Shown: piece by piece, positions 8,725 through 17,282 of the stretch | Position numbering within the stretch: the first letter of the stretch is position 1 | Layout: each line of letters begins with the position of its first letter | Origin: Oligoflexia bacterium | GTDB taxonomy: Bacteria; Bdellovibrionota; UBA1018 | Assembly: GCA_963758495.1 (NCBI GenBank) | Contig: CAVWVI010000003.1 | Coordinates: 608,001 to 672,000 of the forward strand | Length of the DNA: 64,000 nt | Direction: 5' to 3' | Notes under the pieces: generated by a model | What the model was told of the DNA's origin: nothing | The model's input: only the letters and a program-made list of their open reading frames with translations | Databases searched by the model: none | Position numbers and translations under genes: made by a program

Positions 8725-9938
8725 TGAACTGCAACCTCTGTAACTCTCAACTCACGGAGAACCGTGACTTTAATTTGACCTGGAAAGCGAACCTCTGACT
8801 CAATTCGATCCGCAATTTGACGAGCCATTTGAGAAACCCCCGCATCAGAAACTCGAGTACTATCTACGAACACACGAAGTTCTCTACCCGCTTGAACTGC
8901 GAATGCCATACTGACACCTGGAATTTCTTTCGCAATTTTCTCAATAGCTGTCGCACGCTCCAAAGCATTTTGAGTAGAGCCGTGCCGAGCTCCTGGACGA
9001 GCCCCTGAAATTGCGTCTGCCGCAATCACCAAATAATCTAACACGCTTTTGGGTACGCACTCTTCATGATGACATGAAATAGCCTGTACCACTTGAGGAT
9101 CTTCGCCATAGCGCTTGGCAAATTCTGCCCCTGCCTCAGCGTGACCACCATCATGTGTTTGATCCAATGCCTTTCCCAAATCATGTAGCAATCCAGCACG
9201 CCGGGCTAACATCGGGTCAAAGCCAAGCTCCACCGCCAGATTTCCGCAGAGCCAAGCCGTTTCGACAGAATGCTCTAATTGATTTTGACCGAAGCTGTGA
9301 CGAAACTTTAAAGTTCCTAATACACGTAAAATCGCAGGATGAATGTTTTGAATTCCTAATTCTTGAACAGCCGCAAGACCCGCCGCTCTTGCCTCCAGAT
9401 CAACCTGGCCTCGTGCTTCAGCTAAAACTTCCTCAATTCTTGCCGGCTGGATTCTTCCATCTCGCACCAAAGTCTCTAAAGCAACGCGAGCGACTTCCCT
9501 ACGAAAAGAATCAAAGCTCGAAATCAAAATGGAATCTGCCTCATCATTTAAAAGTAAATCAACACCGGCACGCTCTTCAAAATGTCGAGCATTGCGCCCG
9601 TCTTTACCCACAATCTTTCCTTTGATTCCATCTTTTAATTGCAAGGGCGAGAGCTTAACCCGAGAAACTGTCAGGTGAGAAACCGTTTTTGTCACTTGTC
9701 GAGCAACTGCAATAGCAATCAGTCGTCGTGCCTGATCTTCTTCATCTAAATAGTTCGGCAATAGAGTGGAATAGGTAGTCACTGATGAATGAAGAGTCAG
9801 CGCTTCGTGATATACAGGTGGTACAACAGGCTGTGGTACAGCAGGATGTACAGGTCGTTCAGGCGGTTTTTTTTCAACCGTTAAACTCACTGAAACCGGC
9901 TTTTTAAACAGGAACAGCCAGCGTTTCCAAAAGCTCAT
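8721..9938 (-). CDS. rny: Ribonuclease Y-like protein (KH + HD), short N-terminus
   Basis: KGKIVGKDGRN KH motif, HSVE...LLHDLGK HD motif, ADAISGARPGAR; ATGA overlap with upstream gene. Confidence 0.85.
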   Translation of the reverse strand: MSFWKRWLFLFKKPVSVSLTVEKKPPERPVHPAVPQPVVPPVYHEALTLHSSVTTYSTLLPNYLDEEDQARRLIAIAVARQVTKTVSHLTVSRVKLSPLQLKDGIKGKIVGKDGRNARHFEERAGVDLLLNDEADSILISSFDSFRREVARVALETLVRDGRIQPARIEEVLAEARGQVDLEARAAGLAAVQELGIQNIHPAILRVLGTLKFRHSFGQNQLEHSVETAWLCGNLAVELGFDPMLARRAGLLHDLGKALDQTHDGGHAEAGAEFAKRYGEDPQVVQAISCHHEECVPKSVLDYLVIAADAISGARPGARHGSTQNALERATAIEKIAKEIPGVSMAFAVQAGRELRVFVDSTRVSDAGVSQMARQIADRIESEVRFPGQIKVTVLRELRVTEVAVQ

Positions 9939-10636
9939 AAACTTTCCCGCCTTTCCCACCATTGGAATACAAAAGGGGTTTTGAATTCACGTGCCTCGGT
10001 AAAAATCCAATGAACCGGCTGATCCAAAACTTTTTGCGGAACCTGTGGAAAAACCTGAAAATCAAAAGCAATGGCAATACGAAGAGCATGAGGCGCTTGA
10101 ATCAAAAAACGATCATAATAACCTGATCCCATTCCAATACGCTCACCCCTTTCGCCAAACACCACTCCGGGCACAAAAATTAAATCAAGACTTTCAGGTG
10201 GTACCGCACTTAAATGAGATTGGGGCTCTTGGATTCCATAGACGCCGGTTTTCCAAGTCAGTTGAGGATCAAGCATTTCTGAAACTTCAACAAACTCGAT
10301 CACCTGATTCGAATTGTTCATGACAGGTTCTTGAGCAATTCTTGAAGCAACACTTGGAACAACCCTGGGATAATGCAGCTTACATCCCAACTGAGAAAAA
10401 AGGGGGGTCAACGAGTCCAAATTGAGCTCTGACGGTAATGCCCGATAGAGTCCAACGTGCAGATTCTTATTCCTGAGTTGTGCATGTCTTGAAAAATTTT
10501 GGAATTCTGAAAACTTTAAAAATCGTGCAACAGCGTCAGCACTGAGAGCAGACACCTGCTCAGATGACAATAACTTACGTTGTTCTAAAACCTTTTGCCT
10601 AATTTGAATTTCTGACTCATCCGATTTTGAATACAT
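9935..10636 (-). CDS. 5-formyltetrahydrofolate cyclo-ligase
   Basis: DLIFVPGVVF...RIGMGSGYYDRFL motif. Confidence 0.9.
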   Translation of the reverse strand: MYSKSDESEIQIRQKVLEQRKLLSSEQVSALSADAVARFLKFSEFQNFSRHAQLRNKNLHVGLYRALPSELNLDSLTPLFSQLGCKLHYPRVVPSVASRIAQEPVMNNSNQVIEFVEVSEMLDPQLTWKTGVYGIQEPQSHLSAVPPESLDLIFVPGVVFGERGERIGMGSGYYDRFLIQAPHALRIAIAFDFQVFPQVPQKVLDQPVHWIFTEAREFKTPFVFQWWERRESL

Positions 10637-10728
10637 TCCATTTGCTCAGTTCCTGCATACCAGTCACACCACTCAACGAATGATTCTTAGACTGAAATTA
10701 GCATGTTAATGAGCGAAGAAATATAGCA

Positions 10729-11934
10729 CTAATTTAGTAAGGATTCAACCACCAATGCAATTCCCTGCCCTCCACCTATACAAGCAGACCCAACCCCATA
10801 TCTTTTCTTCTGCCGCCCTAACTCATAAAGCAAGGTTTGGAGGATTCGCGTACCGCTCGCAGCCAATGGGTGCCCTACCGCAATAGCTCCACCATTCACA
10901 TTTAATAATTCATGAGGGATTTCAAGCTCTTTAGCCACTGCTAAAACTTGTGGCGCAAACGCTTCATTCACTTCAATTAAGTCCATTTGCGAAAGGCTCA
11001 AGCCAGCTCGCTTAAGCGCTTCCCGGATAGCAGGTGCAGGCCCAATTCCCATAATACTTGGATCACACCCTACAATTCCATAAGATACCAACCGACCGAG
11101 TGGTTGAATCCCTCTCCTTTGCGCCTCTTTTTCCGTTGAAACGACTAAGGCGGCCGCGCCATCCACAATGCCGCTCGCATTTCCTGCGGTGACTAAGCCG
11201 TCATTTTTAAAGAGGGGCTTTAATCGAGCCAACTTTTCAGGCGTGCTATCCGGTTTAGGATGCTCATCCTTTTCCACCCGCATCAAATTTCCCTTTTTAT
11301 CGTGAACCATAAAAGGAACAATCTCATCTTGAAATTTCCCCTGAGTCATCGCGCTTTGATAAAGCTCCTGACTTCTCAACGCGAAGGCATCACAATCTGA
11401 ACGAGAAATTTGGTATTTCTCTCCTAAATTTTCTGCGGTAATCGCCATGGGAACTTGTACATGCGAATCATAAAGAGAGTCCACCATCATATCACTGATG
11501 GGACTGTGACCCATTTTCATTCCCCATCTTGCCCCACGAATCAAATAGGGGCTCATACTCATATTTTCAACCCCACCCACCAGTGCAATGCGCGTATCTC
11601 CGGCAAGCATCTGAAAATACGCTTCAATGACAGCTTGAAATCCAGAGCCACACAGACGATTTACCCCTAGAGCTGGGACAGAAGTTGGAATGCCCAATTT
11701 CAATCCAATATGCCGCGGGGTGTAAATACTGTCGGAAGCAGAATGTAAAACGTTTCCAAAAATCACATGATCCACTTCTTTAGGATCTACTTGCGCTTGC
11801 TCTAAAGCTGCCCGAGCTGCGGTCATGGATAAGTCGGTTGGATTGACATCTCGGAGTGCCCCCCCATTAGCACCAAATGGGGTTCGCTTTCCTGATAAAA
11901 AGACAAGAGATTCATGCTTCACAGATGTATTCAT
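10729..11934 (-). CDS. Acetyl-CoA C-acyltransferase (thiolase)
   Basis: NRLCGSG, NEAFA, GHPLAASG, CIGGGQG. Confidence 0.95.
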   Translation of the reverse strand: MNTSVKHESLVFLSGKRTPFGANGGALRDVNPTDLSMTAARAALEQAQVDPKEVDHVIFGNVLHSASDSIYTPRHIGLKLGIPTSVPALGVNRLCGSGFQAVIEAYFQMLAGDTRIALVGGVENMSMSPYLIRGARWGMKMGHSPISDMMVDSLYDSHVQVPMAITAENLGEKYQISRSDCDAFALRSQELYQSAMTQGKFQDEIVPFMVHDKKGNLMRVEKDEHPKPDSTPEKLARLKPLFKNDGLVTAGNASGIVDGAAALVVSTEKEAQRRGIQPLGRLVSYGIVGCDPSIMGIGPAPAIREALKRAGLSLSQMDLIEVNEAFAPQVLAVAKELEIPHELLNVNGGAIAVGHPLAASGTRILQTLLYELGRQKKRYGVGSACIGGGQGIALVVESLLN

Positions 11935-12075
11935 AATTTTTCACCATTGATCGCACCGTTAACCGAGTCCATTCACCTTAAAAATTGAAATATTTTAAGA
12001 CACCTGTCGGTAAATTATGCCTGTTTACAGATTTATCACTCCTAGACCATACTTAAATAAGAAAGAGACCAATGA

Positions 12076-12534
12076 ATGTCAACTGATGTATCGTCTACAA
12101 ACACTTTAAATTTCGACGAAGTGAGATTAAAGAACTACATTGCACAAACCGAACATCGAAACGAAATGCAAACCCGTGAGATCGAAGCCAACCATCAAAA
12201 AGATCTAGAAAAATTACAAAACACAAGCGAAGAGCAACTCAATAGCCTTCGACATGCCTACGACGTCAAAATCTCCAATGAAGCAGAAGCACTCGAAGAA
12301 AAACTCAACCAGACCCGTAAGAGCAATGAGGAAAAAATCAATCTCGAAAAACACTCAAGCGACGATGAAATAGCAAAACTCAAAACTGCAAATCAACAAC
12401 GAGTGGACGAATATAAAAAGAATTCAGAATTACGTCTGGATACTTTACGAAAAGAATTTCAAACTGTGGAAGAAAATATTCGTGACCAGGCTAAGAAAAC
12501 TACAAAACGAGAAAGGGAAAATGCGGGTCTATGA
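12076..12534 (+). CDS. Hypothetical coiled-coil protein
   Basis: 152-aa ORF rich in E/K/Q. Confidence 0.7.
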   Translation: MSTDVSSTNTLNFDEVRLKNYIAQTEHRNEMQTREIEANHQKDLEKLQNTSEEQLNSLRHAYDVKISNEAEALEEKLNQTRKSNEEKINLEKHSSDDEIAKLKTANQQRVDEYKKNSELRLDTLRKEFQTVEENIRDQAKKTTKRERENAGL

Positions 12535-12752
12535 GTCAATACACAGAACATTATAAAGATCACTATAAAGAGCAAGCTCCCAAACAACCCGAACCGCAAC
12601 CGGTTCAAATCAATGGATTCCAACAGGTGCTGGAAATGTTGAAAATCGCTGATCCGGTATTTCGGGAATCCCTCCTCAAGCGCCTTGCAAGTAAAGATCG
12701 TGAACTCGCAAATTCATTGAAGCGCGACCTAAGGGATTTGGATATCTTATAG
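12531..12752 (+). CDS. Small hypothetical protein (weak FliG-like helical motif)
   Basis: ATGA overlap with upstream ORF; INGFQQVLEML...LLKRLASKDRELA. Confidence 0.6.
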   Translation: MSQYTEHYKDHYKEQAPKQPEPQPVQINGFQQVLEMLKIADPVFRESLLKRLASKDRELANSLKRDLRDLDIL

Positions 12753-13098
12753 TAAACTAGATAACCTGCTTATAAATAATTCAAAGTTTACAAGCCTCAC
12801 ACCTGACTACGAGGATACTTCAGAGAGTGACGAGGACGAAAGCACTCCATCAGAACTAAACCACTCAATTGCCCAACACGATCTCAAAAAACCTTCTGAG
12901 AAAGATGAGTCACTTACTAGTTCAAAGACTAACCCTGTAAAAAATGATCTTTTAGAGCAGATTAGAACTTTCAAGCAACCATTACGTCCCATTCCAAAAA
13001 AAGGTATTGAACAATCGGGCCAAAAAGCAGATGTGCAATCAAGTTTAATTGAAGCTTTAAAAAAACGTATGAATTCATCTGGAAATTTAAAAAATTGA
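12733..13098 (+). pseudogene. ATG-less reading frame with acidic tract, WH2-like motif and C-helix
   Basis: Open frame 12733-13098: DYEDTSESDEDE ... NDLLEQIRTFKQPLRPI ... SSLIEALKKRM. Confidence 0.45.
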
Positions 13099-13133
13099 GC
13101 CCCTTCGTAAATCATTAACCTAAGCTGTCGATA

Positions 13134-14051
13134 CTACAAAGCTAGTGCCTTCGCCAACTCGGCTCCTACCCTCGCATTGTTTTTAATCAGCGAAATATTT
13201 GCAGTCAGGCTTTGTCCCCCGGTTTTTGAATTCAGATACGCGAGTAAAAATGGAGTCATATTTTTACCACGAATATTGTTCAATTCCGCTTCTCGAATCC
13301 CCTCTTCGATGAAACTTTCTAACTGAGCACCCTCTAATTCATCTTCTTTAGGAATCGGATTAGCCACTAGAACTCCTCCCGGGGATCCCAGTAACCATTT
13401 ACACTTCACTAAGTCAGCAATCTCTTTCAATGAGTCCATTCGATAAGTCACGGGAAACTGACTTTCACGACTATAAAAAGAGGGAAAGGAACTCGATTGA
13501 TAGCCAATCACTGGAACACTCAAGGTCTCTAAAACTTCTAATGTTAAGCCAATATCCAAAATCGATTTGGCTCCTGCACAAACAAGAGCAACGCTAGTTT
13601 GGGATAATTCATTTAAATCAGCTGAAATATCGAAAGTTTTTTCGGCACCCCTATGAACGCCTCCGATACCTCCCGTGCTAAAAACCCGAATTCCAGCTAG
13701 GTCTGCGCAATAAAGAGTCGCAGCTACTGTGGTACCTCCACTCACTCGAGTAGCAATAGCATAAGGTAGGTCTCTTTTACTCAGCTTTAAAATACTCCCT
13801 GATTGATTTTTACCAAGTCTCTCTAAGTCAGAACTCTCCAATCCGACTCGAATCTTTCCATCAAGAACTGCAATTGTGGCCGGTAACGCCCCTGAACTCA
13901 GAACAATCTGCTCTACTGAACGTGCAGTCTCAATATTTTGAGGGTATGGCATCCCATGCGTAATCAGCGTCGATTCTAACGCCACAACCGGATAACCCTC
14001 ATTCAGAGCCTCTTGGATATCCGGTCTTATATAAAAAATTTCAGAGTTCAT
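13134..14051 (-). CDS. psuG: Pseudouridine-5'-phosphate glycosidase
   Basis: VVALESTLITHGMPYPQN, TGGIGGVHRG, DISADL, CAGAKSILD. Confidence 0.95.
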   Translation of the reverse strand: MNSEIFYIRPDIQEALNEGYPVVALESTLITHGMPYPQNIETARSVEQIVLSSGALPATIAVLDGKIRVGLESSDLERLGKNQSGSILKLSKRDLPYAIATRVSGGTTVAATLYCADLAGIRVFSTGGIGGVHRGAEKTFDISADLNELSQTSVALVCAGAKSILDIGLTLEVLETLSVPVIGYQSSSFPSFYSRESQFPVTYRMDSLKEIADLVKCKWLLGSPGGVLVANPIPKEDELEGAQLESFIEEGIREAELNNIRGKNMTPFLLAYLNSKTGGQSLTANISLIKNNARVGAELAKALAL

Positions 14052-14121
14052 TCAATCTCCTCAAGGATTTTGATATATCGCTTATATTCTTGAACTTGCA
14101 AGCCTAGTTGTGGTTTCTAAG

Positions 14122-14142
14122 GTGAGTAGTTCCTTTAGGGCT
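14122..14142 (+). repeat. Isolated left end of the MITE family
   Basis: GTGAGTAGTTCCTTTAGGGCT. Confidence 0.6.
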
Positions 14143-14174
14143 CAGGCTTTGTTGGAATTGATTAGGGGGAAACT

Positions 14175-15869
14175 ATGATTCGTAATCCAAGCTTAAAAAA
14201 AGTTCTTAAATGGATTCAATTAGCAAGAATCGTAAACGAAAAAGCAATCAGTCCACAAGCCTTACTCGAAACGAAAGATTTACTCAGTAGACGCGATCTC
14301 CTCAAACTAGCTGGAAAAACTGCGGCAGTTCTTCCTTTTTCGAATTTTTTAGCCCACCCAGCCTTGGCGAAAATAATCCAAGCTCCAATGAAAAACTCTG
14401 AGCCCGTTATCATCTTAGGCGGTGGAACTGCGGGACTCACCACCGCGTATCGACTTCAAAAAGTTGGAATTCCTTGTGCAATCTATGAAGCTAGCAATCG
14501 CATCGGAGGACGAATGCTATCAGCGTCGAACTTCAACTCAGATGGGATGTTTTGCGAACTCGGTGGAGAACTGGTGGACAGTGATCACGAAGACCTCATG
14601 CAACTCTGTACAGAACTCAATCTCGGAATTCAAAACCTTCAAGAAGGAGATGCGGGTTTAAAAACAGACTTATATTATGCGGATGGCCGACTCATCCAAG
14701 ACTCAGAAATGCTTTTCGCTTTCCAACCTCTTGCTGCTCAAATCTCTTCTGACTTGAAAGAAATTTTTGGAGATACTGAAGTCAAAATGCCGACCTATAA
14801 AGATCAAAAAAATCCAACCTGGGTTAAGTACGATCAAATTCCACTTTCTGAATATTTATATTCAAAAAAAGACGTAGAAAAATGGGTCCTTGATCTCATC
14901 CAAGTCCTGTATGTATGTGAATACGGCCAAGATCTAGATCAACAATCAGCACTTAATTTTCTCACTTTGATTTCAACTGACACAAACGCCGGACTTAAGC
15001 TTCTGGGAGACAGTGATGAGAGTAAACGCATTGTAGGAGGAAGCAGCAAACTCCCTCTTGCCCTAGAAAAAGCGATCCAGGATAGAGTGCCTATTTACTT
15101 TGAGCACGAACTCGTGAAAATCAGCGATGGAGGAAGAAATTTAAAACTCATCTTCATCAAAGATAAAACAACCTTTGAAATTTCCACATCTCAACTCGTT
15201 TGCACAATACCCTTTTCAGTACTGAGAAATGTGGAGGGAGTTTCCAAGCTCGATTTGGGCTTGGCTACTCAAGAATGCATTCAAAAAATGGGATACGGCG
15301 CCAATTCGAAACGGATCATAGGATTTAAAAATAAAATTTGGCGTAATCAGATAGCAGGAAACTCTACCCTAGAAAACCCTACCAGAGGAAATTCAAACGG
15401 CGCACTTCTCACCCTGACTCATCAACAATTCTGGGAAACGAGTCGAATGCAGCCTGGAAAAAGTGGAATTCTGACTCAGTTCCTAGGAGGCAGCCAAGGA
15501 CAGCAAATCATGCAAGCGCCTTTACATTCTAGTTTGGATTGTCTTAATCAGACTTTTCCAGGCATAAGCGCCGCTTTTGACGGAAACATACGATTCGGAC
15601 ATTGGCCTGAAAATCCATGGAGCAAGGGAAGTTATATTTGTCTCAAGCCTGGACAATACACCTCTATGCATGGACTTGCTGCAGAAAGCTCTCTCTCAGA
15701 TCGCTTGTTTTTTGCCGGTGAACATACCAGTATTGAATTCAGTGGATTTATGAATGGTGCAGTTCAATCAGGAAATCGGGTCTCCCGGCAAATTATTTCG
15801 CTTCGAGGCCTTCAAAATTCCAAATCTCAATCCACGCGTACTGATTTGACAACTTTGGAAATTCAATAA
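14175..15869 (+). CDS. Flavin monoamine oxidase family protein
   Basis: IILGGGTAGL FAD-binding, EASNRIGGR, ELGGE, FAGEHT...GFMNGAVQSG; twin-arginine SRRDLLK. Confidence 0.9.
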   Translation: MIRNPSLKKVLKWIQLARIVNEKAISPQALLETKDLLSRRDLLKLAGKTAAVLPFSNFLAHPALAKIIQAPMKNSEPVIILGGGTAGLTTAYRLQKVGIPCAIYEASNRIGGRMLSASNFNSDGMFCELGGELVDSDHEDLMQLCTELNLGIQNLQEGDAGLKTDLYYADGRLIQDSEMLFAFQPLAAQISSDLKEIFGDTEVKMPTYKDQKNPTWVKYDQIPLSEYLYSKKDVEKWVLDLIQVLYVCEYGQDLDQQSALNFLTLISTDTNAGLKLLGDSDESKRIVGGSSKLPLALEKAIQDRVPIYFEHELVKISDGGRNLKLIFIKDKTTFEISTSQLVCTIPFSVLRNVEGVSKLDLGLATQECIQKMGYGANSKRIIGFKNKIWRNQIAGNSTLENPTRGNSNGALLTLTHQQFWETSRMQPGKSGILTQFLGGSQGQQIMQAPLHSSLDCLNQTFPGISAAFDGNIRFGHWPENPWSKGSYICLKPGQYTSMHGLAAESSLSDRLFFAGEHTSIEFSGFMNGAVQSGNRVSRQIISLRGLQNSKSQSTRTDLTTLEIQ

Positions 15870-16709
15870 CTCTAAAGCCCGCCATAGAATCATAGCTCCG
15901 GCCAGGATTACATCCGCCCGTTTAAATTCCATACACGGAAGGTCTCGTCTCTCTTCGATCGTTCTCCATTTGAGTTCCTCGACCATCCGATGAAGATCTC
16001 CTCGACTTAAGACAACAGAGTCTACCTGACTTGAATCAAATTGCTTCAAGCCTGCATGCCAGGCTGCGAGGGTAGTGGCGCTCCCTGCCACAGCAATTAA
16101 GTCACAAGAGCTTTTAATTTGTTCTCGCCAAGGAAGCATTGCTTGAAATGCCTGATCTATCGCTTCTTGGCAGGCCCAAAATTCAGCATCCGTCACTGGA
16201 TCGGACTTTAAGTAGCGCTCCGTAAATCTCACCGAGCCGATGTCAATACTTTGACAATCTTGAAGAGAGATCAGCTCAGTACTTCCCCCTCCGACATCAA
16301 TAACACACGAATGCTGAGGGCTCATTCCAGGAAGGAGTGCTCCCAAAAAGGTAAACCGTGCCTCATCCACTCCAGATAAAATCCGAAATGAAAATCCTGT
16401 GAGTTTTTGAATCTTAGAAAAAAACAAATCACTATTCTTCGCATCTCGAGCTTGGCTCGTTGAAACACAAATGACTTGATTCGTTGCGAGTCCCGCATCC
16501 TGCACTTTAAGCGCATAGTTTTTCAAACATTCCAGCGTGCGTTCCATCGGCCGGGTTTGAAGCTCTCGATTCTGATCCACTCCTTCGCCTAGACGAACCA
16601 CAGTTGAATTATCGCTGATCACACGGAGGATACTCTCCGTTTTGGGATCCCATTCTACAATTAAAAGAAGGCAAGTATTGGTACCCAAATCAATAGAAGC
16701 ACGAATCAT
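15768..16709 (-). CDS. ppx: Ppx/GppA family phosphatase
   Basis: IDLGTNT, VRLGEGVD, IDVGGGSTE, RADVILAG, GLRFG. Confidence 0.9.
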   Translation of the reverse strand: MIRASIDLGTNTCLLLIVEWDPKTESILRVISDNSTVVRLGEGVDQNRELQTRPMERTLECLKNYALKVQDAGLATNQVICVSTSQARDAKNSDLFFSKIQKLTGFSFRILSGVDEARFTFLGALLPGMSPQHSCVIDVGGGSTELISLQDCQSIDIGSVRFTERYLKSDPVTDAEFWACQEAIDQAFQAMLPWREQIKSSCDLIAVAGSATTLAAWHAGLKQFDSSQVDSVVLSRGDLHRMVEELKWRTIEERRDLPCMEFKRADVILAGAMILWRALELLNFQSCQISTRGLRFGILKASKRNNLPGDPIS

Positions 16710-16731
16710 AAAATCTACATCCCAATCTTAT

Positions 16732-17262
16732 TTAAGGCACTGCTGGAGCCAAAGAAGGAGCCGGAGATGGCGTCGAAGATACGGAGGGAGATCCTGAGAC
16801 AGGAGGAGAAATAGGCCCCTTCTTCACTGGTGGTTCATTCTCCTCTAGACTCTTCCCTTGCAACATGCTGATTTGAACTTTGAGTTTGTAATTTTCCTTT
16901 TCTAAAACATCAACCTTATCTTTCCAGTATTTAGACTCTTCCTCGAGCTCCGCAATTCGCTTATTACGTTCATGAGCAAGGGAATAATAACCTTCAGAGA
17001 AAGTTTCAGTATCTGGATTAAAAATACCGACTCGTGTTTCCCCGTCAACAATTCCTTTTACACGATAGCCGCCCTCTGCTTTTTCGGCCTCGATCACCTG
17101 AACGTCAAAGCTCTTTCCAGGATAGGCTTTATCTTGCCAAAACCGAGCAGCCGATTCCTTCGCTAGGTTTTTTGCGCGATCACTTGAACATCCTGCTAAG
17201 ATCAACAAGGCTCCCACAAAGATCCATAGAACTTTCTTAAACTTAGAATCTATTTTTTTCAT
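16732..17262 (-). CDS. Hypothetical lipoprotein
   Basis: Lipobox LAGC; Pro/Ser-rich tail. Confidence 0.75.
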   Translation of the reverse strand: MKKIDSKFKKVLWIFVGALLILAGCSSDRAKNLAKESAARFWQDKAYPGKSFDVQVIEAEKAEGGYRVKGIVDGETRVGIFNPDTETFSEGYYSLAHERNKRIAELEEESKYWKDKVDVLEKENYKLKVQISMLQGKSLEENEPPVKKGPISPPVSGSPSVSSTPSPAPSLAPAVP

Positions 17263-17282
17263 TTCTCATTCCTCTTCTTAAT

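Noticed and set aside
10637..10728. 6S RNA expected upstream of 5-FTHF cyclo-ligase
   Set aside because: Gap is only about 90 bp and shows no long hairpin
12807..13115. 102-aa minus-strand ORF
   Set aside because: Composition (F/S-rich) is the antisense shadow of the more protein-like plus-strand frame
15768..15869. 102-bp convergent overlap of amine oxidase and ppx
   Set aside because: Both tails lie beyond conserved domains; likely simple stop-codon drift
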